Source: Dicyema japonicum
Lineage: Eukaryota; Animalia; Dicyemida
Assembly: GCA_011109175.1 (NCBI GenBank)
Contig: RDEW01000001.1
Coordinates: 322,395 to 386,394 of the forward strand
Direction of reading: 5' to 3'
DNA: 64,000 bases
Positions within the stretch are counted from its first letter, which is position 1. Every line of letters begins with the position of its first letter. Made by a program: the position numbers and the translations under genes. Under the pieces are notes generated by a model. That model ran no database searches, had not been told where the DNA came from, and was given only the letters and a program-made list of their open reading frames with translations. Positions 1 to 12,350 of this stretch are shown here, piece by piece.

Positions 1-559
1 CGTCTTCTGACTAAGCAGAAATCTCACAACCACGACACGTCAATTTGACGTCATTGACAGAAATCCAATGGTTTTCTCTGGTGGTTTCATTTTAATGACG
101 CGGTCTCCCACAATGTCATCTACTGTATAAAAATCCTTTGTGCGGGCAACACGTTAGATATGCCTGGTTTATAACATAATCGTCGTGATGAGGTGGTGCA
201 CATAAAATTAATGGACGAATTTGCATCTTGGCTTTTCTCCAGCTTATTCGCATGTTATTTCAGCACGCTAAATTGAGAAACCTAAACTTATCACTGATAC
301 GTGGGCCACGACGCTTTTCTTTCTAGCAGAATTTTAGAGACGTGGATTTCTTTCTTAATTTACCATATTCACTATTCCGGATTGCAGATTTGTCAAGCAG
401 GGAGGAAAAAATGAGTGAGAGGTTTGTTAGATGGACAATTTTCATTCTTAGAGAATTTATGCTATCGTAACTAATTCCTGTGGGTACTTTTGTTTCTACG
501 GCAGCTGGTTAAATATGAACTCTCCAGCAACACATTCGTGAATTCATATTATTCTGCAC

Positions 560-925
560 ATTAAACTTTTGTTATAAGTACAAACAGAATTCATATATAA
601 TGTTCCCACGGGTTATGTACGGCATATTTGTTTTTTTTATTCGAGTTATTGTGTTAATGCTCGCTTCATATTTTTCAGGAGTAGTCGAGCAATTTCAACT
701 TTTTTTTCGTAACTAAAGCTCATAATGATTTAGTGTGACAGTTTTTTTATTTAAAAATAATTAATTTTTTAACGACTAGAAATAAAAAATAGTAATAAAT
801 TCAGTTCCAAATCGAAGTTTTCGACATTTTTGGCTGAGATCCGATAAAGTGTTCCAAAAACTAAGGTTGTTCCAAAAACTGAAGTGTTCCAGCCCCGAGG
901 TCCGTTTCAAATCGACGTCGGACTG
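560..925 (-). mobile_element. 5' end of a pogo/Tigger-like element (TIR, subterminal repeats, decayed transposase start)
   Basis: TA|CAGTCCGACGTCGATTTGAAACGG terminus on the minus strand and repeated gttccaaaaact motifs. The mirror copy translates MSLSCEKKLKLLDYS*. Confidence 0.55.
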
Positions 926-1003
926 TATTTAATAATAATTAAATAAAAAAATTAATTAATAATTTAAATAAAATAAAAATTGACCTAATAAAATTTAGAT
1001 TAA

Positions 1004-2270
1004 ATGAACAGAACTATTCATTTTGTCATATTTATTCTGTTAAGCAAAATCGTCAAAATAAACTGCAGAAAGAGATATATCTTAATTGATTCATATATAA
1101 ATTATAAGAATCCTTCTAATGTATATATTTCGATAACTTTAGCAATATCCTTTATTTCAGTTAACTAAGTATCTAACTATAGATGGTATTAATGGTGAGT
1201 ATATTTATCTGATAAAAATATAAGTTTAAATTTATTCTACACTTTCACAATGAGTTTTATACTATTGACTTTATAACAGAAATTGTTTATGGTATGTTTT
1301 TCGTTGTACTTAAGGTGGTAAGCATTATACTAATATCACAACGATTCCTAAAACCAAATTTGGGGATTACTACCGATGTGGTTATACTCATATTAGTTTT
1401 TCGGATAATATATCTGTTACATTTTATTCAAACAAGTTGCAATATCAAGATAAAAGTAGTTTGTTTTATTTTACTGGAAAAGGTTTTTATTAAAATTTAT
1501 TTAGCTAATGACTGTAACCCAAATAATGACCCAAATACGCCGATTTGGTTTTTTTTTAACAAAAATAAAATCCGAGCAGTAATCAGTGGAATTATCAAAA
1601 TATCATATATTGACAATAACAAAATTGTACACGTTTGCATTGATTCTTAGATAACAGATGAGCATTTCGATGAACATCACTATAATATTTTAACACGTTC
1701 TGTTTATCGAAACAATAAATACATGTTGAATGGTGCACATTCTAAAATATTTATTACGGCGGATAAACTAGATGGAGGAAAATATATTATTTATAACTTT
1801 TATGTTTGTGTTGGGAATAAAAATCTAAATGCGTTTTTCTTGAAAAGCAATTTAAACAAATTAAAATTGGAGGATATTATCAATGTGGATTCATCTCACA
1901 AAACTATCAAAATGTGACTATCGAAATTTCATCTCTTAAATTACAATGTTTCCGCAATGATCTGAGTTTTGAATTTATTGGAGATGGTAAATAAATCCGG
2001 CTGAATTTTAGATAAAGGATGCTTTGAAGAACAAATATCGAATCATCGTAATGCTGTAAAACCGACTAAATTTTAGATGGAATAAGTTTTGAAAATCTAA
2101 TATCGTCTGAAAGTAAACCCGTAAAAAAATTGACGAAACATCAAATAATTGGAATCGTGTGTGGAGTTGTTGCAATAATATTTACGTGTGTCGTTGTCCT
2201 TTTTTATTTCAAACAGAAATCACATGTTGAAATACAGGAAACCATTCCATTAAACTTTGTAACTAACTGA
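1004..2270 (+). CDS. Type I membrane glycoprotein with signal peptide, two LAMP-like domains, TM helix and short tail; micro-intron gene, possibly frameshifted near 1200-1250
   Basis: Starts MNRTIHFVIFILLSKIVKINC. GT-AG introns at 1121-1142, 1292-1314, 1483-1504, 1627-1650, 1987-2011 and 2048-2076 join open frames (a ~44-bp intron near 1803-1848 is also possible). Internal repeat GDYYRCG..KLQ..FTGKANDC / GGYYQCG..KLQCF..FIGDDKGC. TM IIGIVCGVVAIIFTCVVVLFYF then KQK. The 1200-1250 segment cannot be spliced cleanly. Confidence 0.8.
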
Positions 2271-2469
2271 TATTAATTTGTCAAACGGTCTTCAATTTAT
2301 TTGAATTTATATAATTATTAATTATTTGAATTACAGTCGACATTCTAAAATCTAACAAAATTTTTAATTTTTCAATTTTAACGAAAGTATACCAAAAATC
2401 CCTGATGTTTTCGAAATTATGACTAAAATGCTCCTAAAAAGCCCCCCTCAAGTGGATACGGACTAGCCT

Positions 2470-3745
2470 TGGATACTATGCCGCTGTTCATTCAATTAGA
2501 ATATTCCAAAACAAAAATCTACAATCGTAAACTTTCAAAGAAAGTATTCACAAGTTGTGTCATCGATCGAGGAATTTACTGCCAGGACATCATGTGCTTT
2601 TATAAGAGAACAACAATCAAAGTCAACGTTCACATGACAGAGAATGTTGGACTCATGAACGTCCTCCTTTTTCTGAAAGTGCACTGACAACGTCTAAATT
2701 GAACTAAGTACTTTGTGGTGAACCATTTTCCTGAGAATACTAAAGTTCTAGTCAATAAATTCACTTTTCCATTATCCTACCTAACGTCTTGTCAACGTCA
2801 AGTTTGACGATTAAGAATAGATCCAGGTCACCCTAACTGTTCCTTCAGACGTTTTGGAATTCATTCCTCGAAAATATAGCCCCGTAAGGCATCTCTTTGT
2901 CCAGTTTTAACGTTTCGTGAAGTGGCCTAATGTTGGCAGTTAAAGCATTTCGCTTGTAGATTTCTGGCTCATTCTCATGTTATTTCAGACGGAAAATTGA
3001 GAAAACTTAACTAATCACTAATAAGTGTGCCACGACGCTCCTCTTTCCGCAGAAATTGAAGAGACTTGAGGTTTTATCTTAATTTACGCGTTCCAACAGA
3101 TTCTTGAGATAATGGATTCTGCACCAAAAAAGGAGGAAACCATATTCATTATTTCAAATTGCACATTGTTCATTGAGGGACAATTTTCCTTTTTAGTTAA
3201 TTTATGGTATCGTAACTAAGACTGAGATTCAGGTATACTCCACTATATTCTAAATTTTTGTCTAACTTTCCTTCAATGGCGATCTACTACTCCAGATGGT
3301 TTCGATGCGTCTCCTGTTCAATTGTAAAATTCAAAAAACTCAAAGTGTGGACTTGTATTGATTACTGGTTTTGACTTACGTGTTGTTGTAGACCGCCTAC
3401 AATGAGAGTCTTGTATTCTGGTGCTTGAGAACGCTTATGCATGTGAGACCAACGATGAGTTAACGAATCCTGTGCAACCCACAATAACCTAATCGAAACT
3501 AGAAATCAGACAGCAATCGACAAGGGTCAATTCCTATTCTATCTCCACCATGACGAAGATGATCCATGATTTTGTATCAACTAGAGTCATTCGTTACGGA
3601 AGTCATCCACAACCAATAGATGATTTGAAAAATCCCTCGATAGAGATTCCAAAAAAATCTTATCGCAAATCCACTCCGGACATTTCAGCCCCTAGGATTG
3701 ATCTGAGTATTGGTTTTCTTCAAATGACCTGTTTGGTGTGATTAT
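2470..3745 (-). mobile_element. Degenerate retroelement-like relic with a CCHC zinc-knuckle-like motif
   Basis: About 38% GC and intronless with many stops. The minus strand at ~2905-2950 reads C-F-N-C-Q-x-L-G-H-F-T-K-R across a 1-nt frameshift. Part of it is paralogous to ~235-500. Confidence 0.3.
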
Positions 3746-3817
3746 CAATCAAATTCATTCCTGATAACTAGGGCGAAATTAATAGGACATTTTTTAGGAC
3801 ATTTTAAAAGCAAAATA

Positions 3818-4559
3818 CCGTATTTGCCGGTGTATAAGTCGACCCCCCCTACTATTTACTATGTAACCCTGTGATATTAAGCGCCGAGAGAGACCAACAA
3901 CAATGAACACTCTTAGAAATTGATTTATTTTTAGTTAGGAAACTTTTGAAAAAGAGTTATCTTTTCCTCTAAATCTTCAGACAGTTTCTGAGCAAGTTTA
4001 GTTTTTTTGTAGCACAAAGTCATTTCTCTTTAAAAATCGTGAACACCAACTTAAGATCCTTTGAACACCAACTTAAGACAAATCATATTTTTTGTGACAA
4101 CAAACCCACACTTTCGTAGCTCCTCGACCCAGCATGCAAGTTCTTGTTCAAGTGCTGGCACTGCAGCTTTTCCCTCTATTAGCACATTTGTTTCTTGGCA
4201 TCACTGCTAGCTGTGTTGCATTGCGTTTCCAGTCTCTTACTAGTTTCTCATTTACTCCAAACTTTCTCGAAGCAGCACAGTCGTTAGTTTATTCGGCAAA
4301 TTTATAACTTGCAGTTTAAACTTGGCAGAGTATTTCATTTGTTTAGACATGGGTAATGAATGAATGTTTATGTAGTTATCATTTTATACCATTCACTTCT
4401 ATAATTAGATTGATCTTTGCAAGAATTTTTTTTGAAGTGTGTAGTAATTACCATCACATTTGAAGCGATGAATACGAAGTTGAATTTCATGACTCGGTGC
4501 ATAAGTCGAGGTCGATTTTTAGGTAGATTTTTGATCTAACAAGGTAGACTTATACACGG
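3818..4559 (-). mobile_element. Internally deleted pogo element (POGK/pogo-like BrkDBD + CENP-B HTH)
   Basis: TA|CCGTATTTGCCGGTGTATAAGTCGAC terminus and a matching truncated other end. Mirror of 8355-9100. Confidence 0.85.
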
Positions 4560-4884
4560 TAGTACAATTAGGACATTTAAGGACAAAAGAGTTCATATTG
4601 AACATTTACATTTAATATTACTTTCCCGTTAATGTTACATTCATCTATAATTTAATAGAATGTAGAGAATTTATGCTATCGTAACTAATTCCTGTGGGTC
4701 CTTTTTTTGACCCTACTGACTCAAAGCCAAACAGAATAAAATCTTACTGATAATTCCTAATTTTTGTCCTTTTAGCAGTTAGTTTAGGCATTCTTATAAT
4801 CTAAAAAGATAGATTTTCAAAAAATTGTGTACTAAATATACCGCGGGAAAATAAGTAAGTAGGAAATATTTGAATAGGTTTACT

Positions 4885-5700
4885 TTATTTAACATACAAT
4901 AATAATCAACAACCTTCCTCGCCTGCCTGTTCGCCAGCCTCTTTAGACAAGTTCGATTCTGGTTGCTGAAACAACTCCGAGAGCGCCTTGTCCAATTGAA
5001 CCCTCTGCCTCCTATACTCCAGTGTCAGGCTCTCTAGGGTCCGCTTTAACACAGTGGACTGTAGATAGGCCTAAAGCTTCCTATCTACCCCCAACTGCTT
5101 CAGATAACCCTTGTGGTACTTTGTTGCAATTTCTTCCCACATCATTACTATAGGAATAACGAGGACCTTTCAACCATGCATCTGCACCATCTGAGACATG
5201 ATGCCAACCTCTATGATAAGGACTTGGGCAGACTCCTTATCGTGTACCACAATGTCCGGTTTATTGAGCTTGACTACCACCGAGGTACGGATAACACTGT
5301 CTACCTTAATTTGGACCCTGGTGTTCTCTACTACAGAATGCACCTTATGAGTCCGCAACTTTCTGGGGTGGCGAATACCATACTATTGCATAGTAGAAGA
5401 TGAAGACTCCTTAGTACCTCGTTATGCCTCCACACATAGTCGTGGCAGAGCATGGATCCAGATCGAGTGGCTAAATGACCGTATTTTAGCCATATTGTCG
5501 ACTACTTAAGGTTGACATGTGGGTTGTCCAATGCTCTAAAGAGGACCTTATAAGGCTTTTTAAGGTGATCTTTTCCATCAAATTATTATATTGTAATTCG
5601 ATCAACGCCTTCACATTTACTACCCCACCATCATCAAAACCATACTTAGCAGAAAAAAAGGTCTGATAGTGCCTAGGTGGGTTGCCCGTGTTTTCTCGGT
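4885..5700 (-). mobile_element. Deleted RLE-type non-LTR retrotransposon 3' fragment (NeSL/R4-like)
   Basis: HLATRSGSMLCHDYVWRHNEVV...NKPDIVVHDK...IIEVGI motifs. Mirror of 7210-8015. Confidence 0.9.
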
Positions 5701-5711
5701 CGTTATTATTT

Positions 5712-5945
5712 TAATAATAATAAAGCCTTTTCACGAGAGCCATAATATTTATAGCTCCGCATAGGCAGGACACACACTTTATTTAAGTAAAGAACAGTTA
5801 ATTTTAACTAATCGTAGAACCAAGGAATGATCTTCACTTCTTTTTTTCTTTTTTATTGTGTGTGAGTCCTTTCTAGACAATCCAGTTCCGCAGTGAGTAT
5901 CCACTGATGATGGCGTCACTCGTCAAACCCCTTCTGCATCGTGCG
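5712..5945 (-). repeat. Dispersed 3' end of an RTE-like LINE with a (TTA)n tail, copy 1
   Basis: ttcacgagagccataatatttatagctccgcataggcaggacacaca...gtagaaccaaggaatg, also found at ~7100, 31900, 39060, 49560 and 55290. Confidence 0.8.
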
Positions 5946-6267
5946 GCCCTTAAAGGGAAATGAGTTCGACACCCCTGACTTAATGGATACTTTTTCTCTT
6001 AGTTACATTGATGATTTTTGCTACTTCAATTCAAATTGTGTGTTTAAGCTGTGTCTCGTCAAATTGTTAGTTTTCTTACGTTCTGTTCGTTGTATAACTT
6101 CAATATATATCTCTAAGTTTTCCTAACTCTAATGATATTATAAATGATCTCAACGTGATATTATAAATGATCAAAATAATAATAACTGATTTTATTAGAA
6201 AAAAAATTAAAAAATTTATATTGTAAAATTATTCTAGCTTTGCTAAATCTCTGCTATTTTCTTTTAC

Positions 6268-6405
6268 AAAATTATTAAACATTTTGACTAAGTTATTAAA
6301 TTTTATGACAAAATTATTAAACATTTTGACAAGTTATTAAATTTTATGACAAATTTATTAAATATTTTGACAAAGTTATTAAATTTTATGACAAAGTTAT
6401 TAAAT
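6268..6405 (+). repeat. 21-bp minisatellite (~7 units) encoding KLLNILT/KLLNFMT heptads; mirrored at ~6505-6645
   Basis: Alternating aaattattaaacattttgaca and aagttattaaattttatgaca units. The same unit begins the ORF at 32838. Confidence 0.85.
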
Positions 6406-6933
6406 AAATAGGAAAACCCTGTAAAATATTTAAAATAATTTAATTAAATTAATAAAATATATGCGAACATTTAAAAAAAATTAATTTAATTTACAGGGTT
6501 TTCCTATTTATTTAATAACTTTGTCATAAAATTAATAACTTTGTCAAAATATCTAATAACTTTGTCATAAAATTTAATAACTTTGTCAAAATTTAATAAA
6601 TTTGTCAAAATGTTTAATAACTTAGTCAAAATGTTTAATAATTTTTGTAAAGAAATAGCAGAGATTTAGCAAAGCTAGAATAATTTTACAATATAAATTT
6701 TTAATTTTTTTTCTAATAAAATCAGTTATTATTATTTTGATCATTTATAATATCACGTTGAGATCATTTATAATATCATTAGAGTTAGGAAAACTTAGAG
6801 ATATATATTGAAGTTATACAACGAACAGAACGTAAGAAAACTAACAATTTGACTAGACACAGCTGAAACACACAATTTGAATTGAAGTAGCAAAAATCAT
6901 CAATGTAACTAAGAGAAAAAGTATCCATTAAGT

Positions 6934-6969
6934 CAGGGGTGTCGAACTCATTTCCCTTTGAGGGCCGCA
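6934..6969 (+). mobile_element. hAT-type terminus fragment (mirror at ~5942-5977)
   Basis: CAGGGGTGTCGAACTCATTTCCCTTTGAGGGCCGCA resembles hAT/Charlie-type ends. No partner TIR was found. Confidence 0.4.
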
Positions 6970-7200
6970 CGATGCAGAAGGGGTTTGACGAGTGACGCCG
7001 TCATCAGTGGATACTCACTGCGGAACTGGATTGTCTAGAAAGGACTCACACACAATACAAAAAGGAAAAAAGAAGTGAAGATCATTCCTTGGTTCTACGA
7101 TTAGTTAAAATTAACTGTTCTTTACTTAAATAAAGTGTGTGTCCTGCCTATGCGGAGCTATAAATATTATGGCTCTCGTGAAAAGGCTTTATTATTATTA
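6970..7200 (+). repeat. RTE-like LINE 3' end repeat, copy 2
   Basis: Mirror of 5712-5945; ends gtgaaaaggctttattattattatt. Confidence 0.8.
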
Positions 7201-7209
7201 TTCAAATAA

Positions 7210-8015
7210 TAACGACCGAGAAAACACCGGCAACCCACCTAGGAACTATCAGACCTTTTTTTCTGCTAAGTATGGTGTTGATGATGGTGGGGTAGTAAAT
7301 GTGAAGGCGTTGATCGAATTACAATATAATAATTTGATGGAAAATCACCTTAAAAAGCCTTATAAGGTCCTCTTTAGAGCATTGGACAACCCACATGTCA
7401 ACCTTAAGTAGTCGACAATATGGCTAAAATACGGTCATTTAGCCACTCGATGTGGATCCATGCTCTGCCACGACTATGTGTGGAGGCATAACAAGGTAGT
7501 AAGGAGTCTTCATCTTCTACTATGCAATAGTATGGTATTCGCCACCCCAGAAAGTTGCGGACTCATAAGGTGCATTCTGTAGTAGAGAACACCAGGGTCC
7601 AAATTAAGGTAGACAGTGTTATCCGTACCTCGGTGGTAGTCAAGCTCAATAAACCGGACATTGTGGTACACGATAAGGAGTCTGCCCAAGTCCTTATCAT
7701 AGAGGTTGGCATCACGTCTCAGATGGGGCAGATGCATGGTTGAAAGGTCCTCGTTATTCCTATAGTAATGATGTGGGAAGAAATTGCAACAAAGTACCAC
7801 AAGGGTTATCTGAAGCAGTTGGGGGTAGATAGGAAGCTCCAGGCCTATCTACAGTCCACTGTGTTAAAGCGGACCCTAGAGAGCCTGACACTGGAGTATA
7901 GGAGGCAGAGGGTTCAATTGGACAAGGCGCTCTCGGAGTTGTTTCAGCAACCAGAATCGAACTTGTCTAAAGAGGCTGGCGAATAGGTAGGCGAGGAAGG
8001 TTGTTGATTATTATT
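7210..8015 (+). mobile_element. Deleted RLE-type non-LTR retrotransposon 3' fragment (NeSL/R4-like)
   Basis: GHLATRCGSMLCHDYVWRHNKVV; VDSVIRTSVVVKLNKPDIVVHDK; IIEVGITS; LQSTVLKRTLESL. Ends near a ttattatt tail. Confidence 0.9.
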
Positions 8016-8354
8016 GTTTGTTAAATAAAGTAAACCAATTCAAATATTTCCTACTTACTTATTTTCCCGCGGTATATTTAGTACACAATTTTTTGAAAAT
8101 CTATCTTTTTAGATTATAAGAATGCCTAAACTAACTGCTAAAATGACAAAAATTAGGAATTATCAGTAAGATTTTATTCTGTTTGGCTTTGAGTCAGTAG
8201 GCTCAAAAAAAAGGACCCACAGGAATTAGTTACGATAGCATAAATTCTCTACATTCTATTAAATTATAGATGAATGTAACATTAACGGGAAAGTAATATT
8301 AAATGTAAATGTTCAATATGAACTCTTTTGTCCTTAAATGTCCTAATTGTACTA

Positions 8355-9100
8355 CCGTGTACAAGTCGACCTTGATCGATCAAAATCTACCTAAAAATCG
8401 ATTTCGACTTATACACCGAGTCATGAAATTCAACTTCGTATTCATCGATTCTAATGTGATAATAATTACTACACTTTTCACAAAAAATTCTTGCAAAGAT
8501 CAATCTAAATATAGAAGTGAATGGTTTAAAATGATAGCTACGTAAACATTCAATCATTACCCATGTCTAAACGAATGAAATACTCTGCCAAGTTTAAACT
8601 GCAAGTTGTAAACTTTGCCGAATAAACTAACGACTGTGCTGCTTCGAGAAAGTTTGGAGTAAATGAGAAACTAGTAAGAGACTGGAAACGCAATGCAACA
8701 CAGCTAGCAGTGATGCCAAGAAACAAATGTGCTAATAGAGGGAAAAGCTGCCAGTCGCCAGCACTTGAACAAGAACTTGCATGCTGGGTCGAGGAGCTAC
8801 GAAAGTGTGGGTTCGTTGTCACAAAAAATATGATTTGTCTTAAGTTGGTATTCAAAGGATCTTAAGTTGGTGTTCACGATTTTTAAAGAGAAATGACTTT
8901 GTGCTACAACAAAAAACTAAACTTGCTCAGAAACTGTCTGAAGATTTAGAGGAAAAGATAACTCTTTTTCAAAAGTTTCCTAACTAAAAATAAATCAATT
9001 TCTAAGATTGTTAATTGTTGTTGGTCTCTCTCGGCGCTTAATATCACAGGGTTACATAGTAAATAGTAGGGGGGGTCGACTTATACACCGGCAAATACGG
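8355..9100 (+). mobile_element. Internally deleted pogo element
   Basis: From 8564: MSKRMKYSAKFKLQVVNFAE*TNDCAASRKFGVNEKLVRDWKRN...LEQELACWVEELRKCGFVVTKNMICLK, then LAQKLSEDLEEKI. TIR gtcgacttatacaccggcaaatacgg|TA. Confidence 0.88.
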
Positions 9101-9174
9101 TATTTTGCTTTTAAAATGTCCTAAAAAATGTCCTATTAATTTCGCCCTAGTTATCAGGAATGAATTTGATTGAT

Positions 9175-10445
9175 AATCACACCAAACTGGTCATTTGAAG
9201 AAAACCAATACTCAGATCAATCCTAGGGGTTGAAATGTCCGGAGTGGATTTGCGATAGATTCTTTTGGAATCTCTATCGAGGGATTCTTCAAATCATCTA
9301 TTGGTTGTGGATGACTTCCGTAACGAATGACTCTAGTTGATACAAGATCATAGATCATCTTCGTCATGGTTTAGAAAGAAGAGTAATTGAACCTTGTCGA
9401 TTGCTCTTTGATTTCTAGTTTCGATTAGGTTATTGTGGGTTGCACCGGATTTGTTAACTCATTGTAAGTCTCACATGCATAAGCGTTCTCCAGTACCAGA
9501 ATCAAGATTCTCATTGTAGGCGGTCTACAGCTGCACGTGGGTTACAACCAGTAATCAATACAAGCCCACACTTTGAGTTTTTTGAATTTTACATTTGAAC
9601 AGAAGACGCATCGAAACCAGCTGGAGTAGTAGATCGCCATTGGAGGAAAGTTTGACAAAAATTTAGTATATGGTGGATTATACCTGAATCTCAGTCTTAG
9701 TTACGATACAATAAAGTCTCTAAGAAGGAAAATTGTCCCTCATTGAACAATCTGCAATTTGGAATAGTGAATGTAATTTCCTCATCTCCCTTTTTCGTGT
9801 AGAATCCATTATAGAATCTGTTGGAACGCGTAAATTAAGATAGAACCCCACGTCTCTTCAAATTCTGCTGAAAGAGGAGCGTCATGGCCCACTTATCAGT
9901 GATAAGTTTAGGTTTCTCAATTTGCTGTACTGAAATAACATGAGAATGAGCCAGAAAGCTACTAACAAAATGCTTTAACTGCCAACATTCGGCCACTTCA
10001 CGAAACGTTAGAACTAGACAAAGAGATGCCTTACGGGGCTATATCTTTGAGGAACAAATTCCAAAACGTCTGAAGGACATTTAGGGTGCCCTGGATTTAT
10101 TCTTGATCGTCGAACTTGACGTTGACAAAACGTTAGGTAGAATAACGGAAAAGTGAATTTATTGACTAGAACTATAGTATTCTCAGGAAAATGGATCGCC
10201 ACCAAGTACGTAGTTCAGTTTACATGCTGTCAGTGCACTTTCAGAAAGAAGAGGACGTTTGTGAATCTAACATTTACTGTCATGTGAACATTGACTTTGA
10301 TTGTTGATCTCTTATAAAATCACATGATGTCACGGCAGTGAATTCCTCGATGGATGACACAACTTTTGAATACTTTCTTCTGAAAGTCCACGATTGTAGA
10401 TTTCTGTTTTGGAATATTTTAATTGAATGAACAACGGCATAATAT
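9175..10445 (+). mobile_element. Mirror of the retroelement-like relic
   Basis: At 9971, tgc ttt aac tgc caa ca ttc ggc cac ttc acg aaa cgt gives CFNCQxFGHFTKR. About 85-90% similar to the left-arm copy by eye. Confidence 0.3.
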
Positions 10446-10648
10446 CCAAGGCTACTCCGAATCCACTTGAAGAGGGTTTTTTAGGAGCATCTTAGTCATA
10501 ATTTCGAAAACATCAGGGATTTTTGGTATACTTTCGTTGAAATTGAAAAAATTAAAAATTTTGTTAGATTTTAGAATATCGACAGTAATTCAAATAATTA
10601 ATAATTATATAAATTCAAATAAATTGAAGACGGTTTGACAAATTAATA

Positions 10649-11913
10649 TTAGTTAGTTACAAAGCTTAATGGAATGCTTTCCTGTATTTCAACATGTGAT
10701 TTCGGTTTGATAAAAATAGGGACAATGACACACGTGAATATTATTGCAACAACTCCACACACGATTCCAATTATTTGATGTTTCGTCAATTTTTTTACGG
10801 CTTTACTTCCAGACGAAATTAGTTCTTCAAAACTTATTTTATCTAAAATTTAGTCGGTTTTACAGCATTACGATGATTCGATATTTGTTCTTCAAAGCAT
10901 CCTTTATCTAAAATTCAGCCGGATTTATTTACCATCTCCAATAAATTCAAAATTCAGATCATTGCGGAAACATTGTAATTTAAGAGATGAAATTTCGATA
11001 GTCACATTTTGATAGTTTTGTGAGATGAATCCACATTGATAATATTCTCCAATTTTAATTTGTTTAAATTGCTTTACAAGAAAAACGCATTTAGATTTTT
11101 CATTCCCAACACAAACATAAAAGTTATAAATAAGATATTTTCCTTCATCTAGTTTATCCGCCGTAATAAATATTTTAGAATTTGCACCATTCAACATGTA
11201 TTTATTGTTTCGATAAACAGAACGTGTTAAAATATTATAGTGATGTTCATCGAAATGCTCATTTGTTATCTAAGAATCAATGAAAACGTTTACAATTTTG
11301 TTATTGTCAATATATGATATTTTGATAATTCCACTGATTACTGCTCGGATTTTATTTTTGCTAAATAAAAACCAAATCGGCGTATTTGGGTCATTGTTTG
11401 GGTTACAGTCATTAGCTAAATAAATTTTAATAAAAACCTTTTCCAGTAAAATAAAACAAACTACTTTTATCTTGATATTGCAACTTGTTTGAATAAATTG
11501 TGACAGATAAATGATTCGAAAAATTAATATGAGTATAACCACATCGGTAGTAATCCCCAAATTTGGTTTTAGGAATCGTTGTGATATTAGTATAACGCTT
11601 ACCACCTTAAGTACAACGAAAAACATACCATAAACAATTTCTGTTATAAGTCAATAGTATAAAACTCATTGTAAAGGTGTAGAATAAATTTAAAGTTATA
11701 TTTCTATCAGATAAATATGCTCACCATAAATGCCATTTATACTTTGATCCTTAGTAAAGCGAAAAAAAGGTTCTTCTAAAGTTATCAAAATATATACATT
11801 AGAAGGATTCTTATAAATCATAGATAATCAATTAAGATATATTTCTCACTGCATTTTATTTTGACGATTTTGCTTAACAGAATAAATATGACAAAATGAA
11901 TAGTTCTGTTCAT
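10649..11913 (-). CDS. Second, diverged copy of the two-domain LAMP-like type I membrane gene
   Basis: Reverse complement of 1004-2270 with substitutions (e.g. FLFSKNK vs FFFNKNK; stop TAA vs TGA) and the same micro-introns. Apparent indels in the 5' part make it a possible pseudogene. Confidence 0.75.
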
Positions 11914-11991
11914 TTAATCTAAATTTTATTAGGTCAATTTTTATTTTATTTAAATTATTAATTAATTTTTTTATTTAATTATTATTAAATA

Positions 11992-12350
11992 CAGTCCGAC
12001 GTCTATTTGAAACGGACCTCGGGGCTGGAACACTTCCGTTTTTGGAACAACCTCAGTTTTTGGAACGCTTTTTCTGATCTCAGCCAAAAATGTTGAAAAC
12101 TTCCATCTGAAACTGAATTTGTTACTATTTTTTATTTCTAGTCGTTATAAAAATTAATTATTTTTAAATAAAAAAACACACTAAATCATTATGAGTCTTA
12201 GTTGCGAAAAAAAGTTGAAATTGCTCGACTACTCCTGAAACATGAAGCGAGCATTGGCACAATAACTTGAATAAAAAAACAAATATGCCGTACATATCCC
12301 GTGGGAACATTATATATGAATTCTGTTTGAACTTATAACAAAAGTTTAAT
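11992..12350 (+). mobile_element. 5' end of a pogo/Tigger-like element (mirror of 560-925)
   Basis: TA|CAGTCCGACGTCTATTTGAAACGG; decayed ORF from 12191. Confidence 0.55.

Noticed and set aside
1294-1650. ORF-track 118-aa protein taken as a stand-alone gene
   Set aside because: It starts inside an intron, and its first half is out of frame with the spliced gene.
5903-5935. CTGATGA hammerhead ribozyme core (also near 38250, 48796, 49785, 54441)
   Set aside because: No downstream GAAA core or convincing stem III was found.
6268-6645. Short repeat array read as CRISPR
   Set aside because: The units are contiguous with no unique spacers, there are no cas genes, and the context is eukaryotic.
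10060-10110. GHP motif as a Mononegavirales L-protein endogenous viral element
   Set aside because: The spacing to WP and the surrounding residues do not fit, and the opposite strand has a better zinc-knuckle reading.
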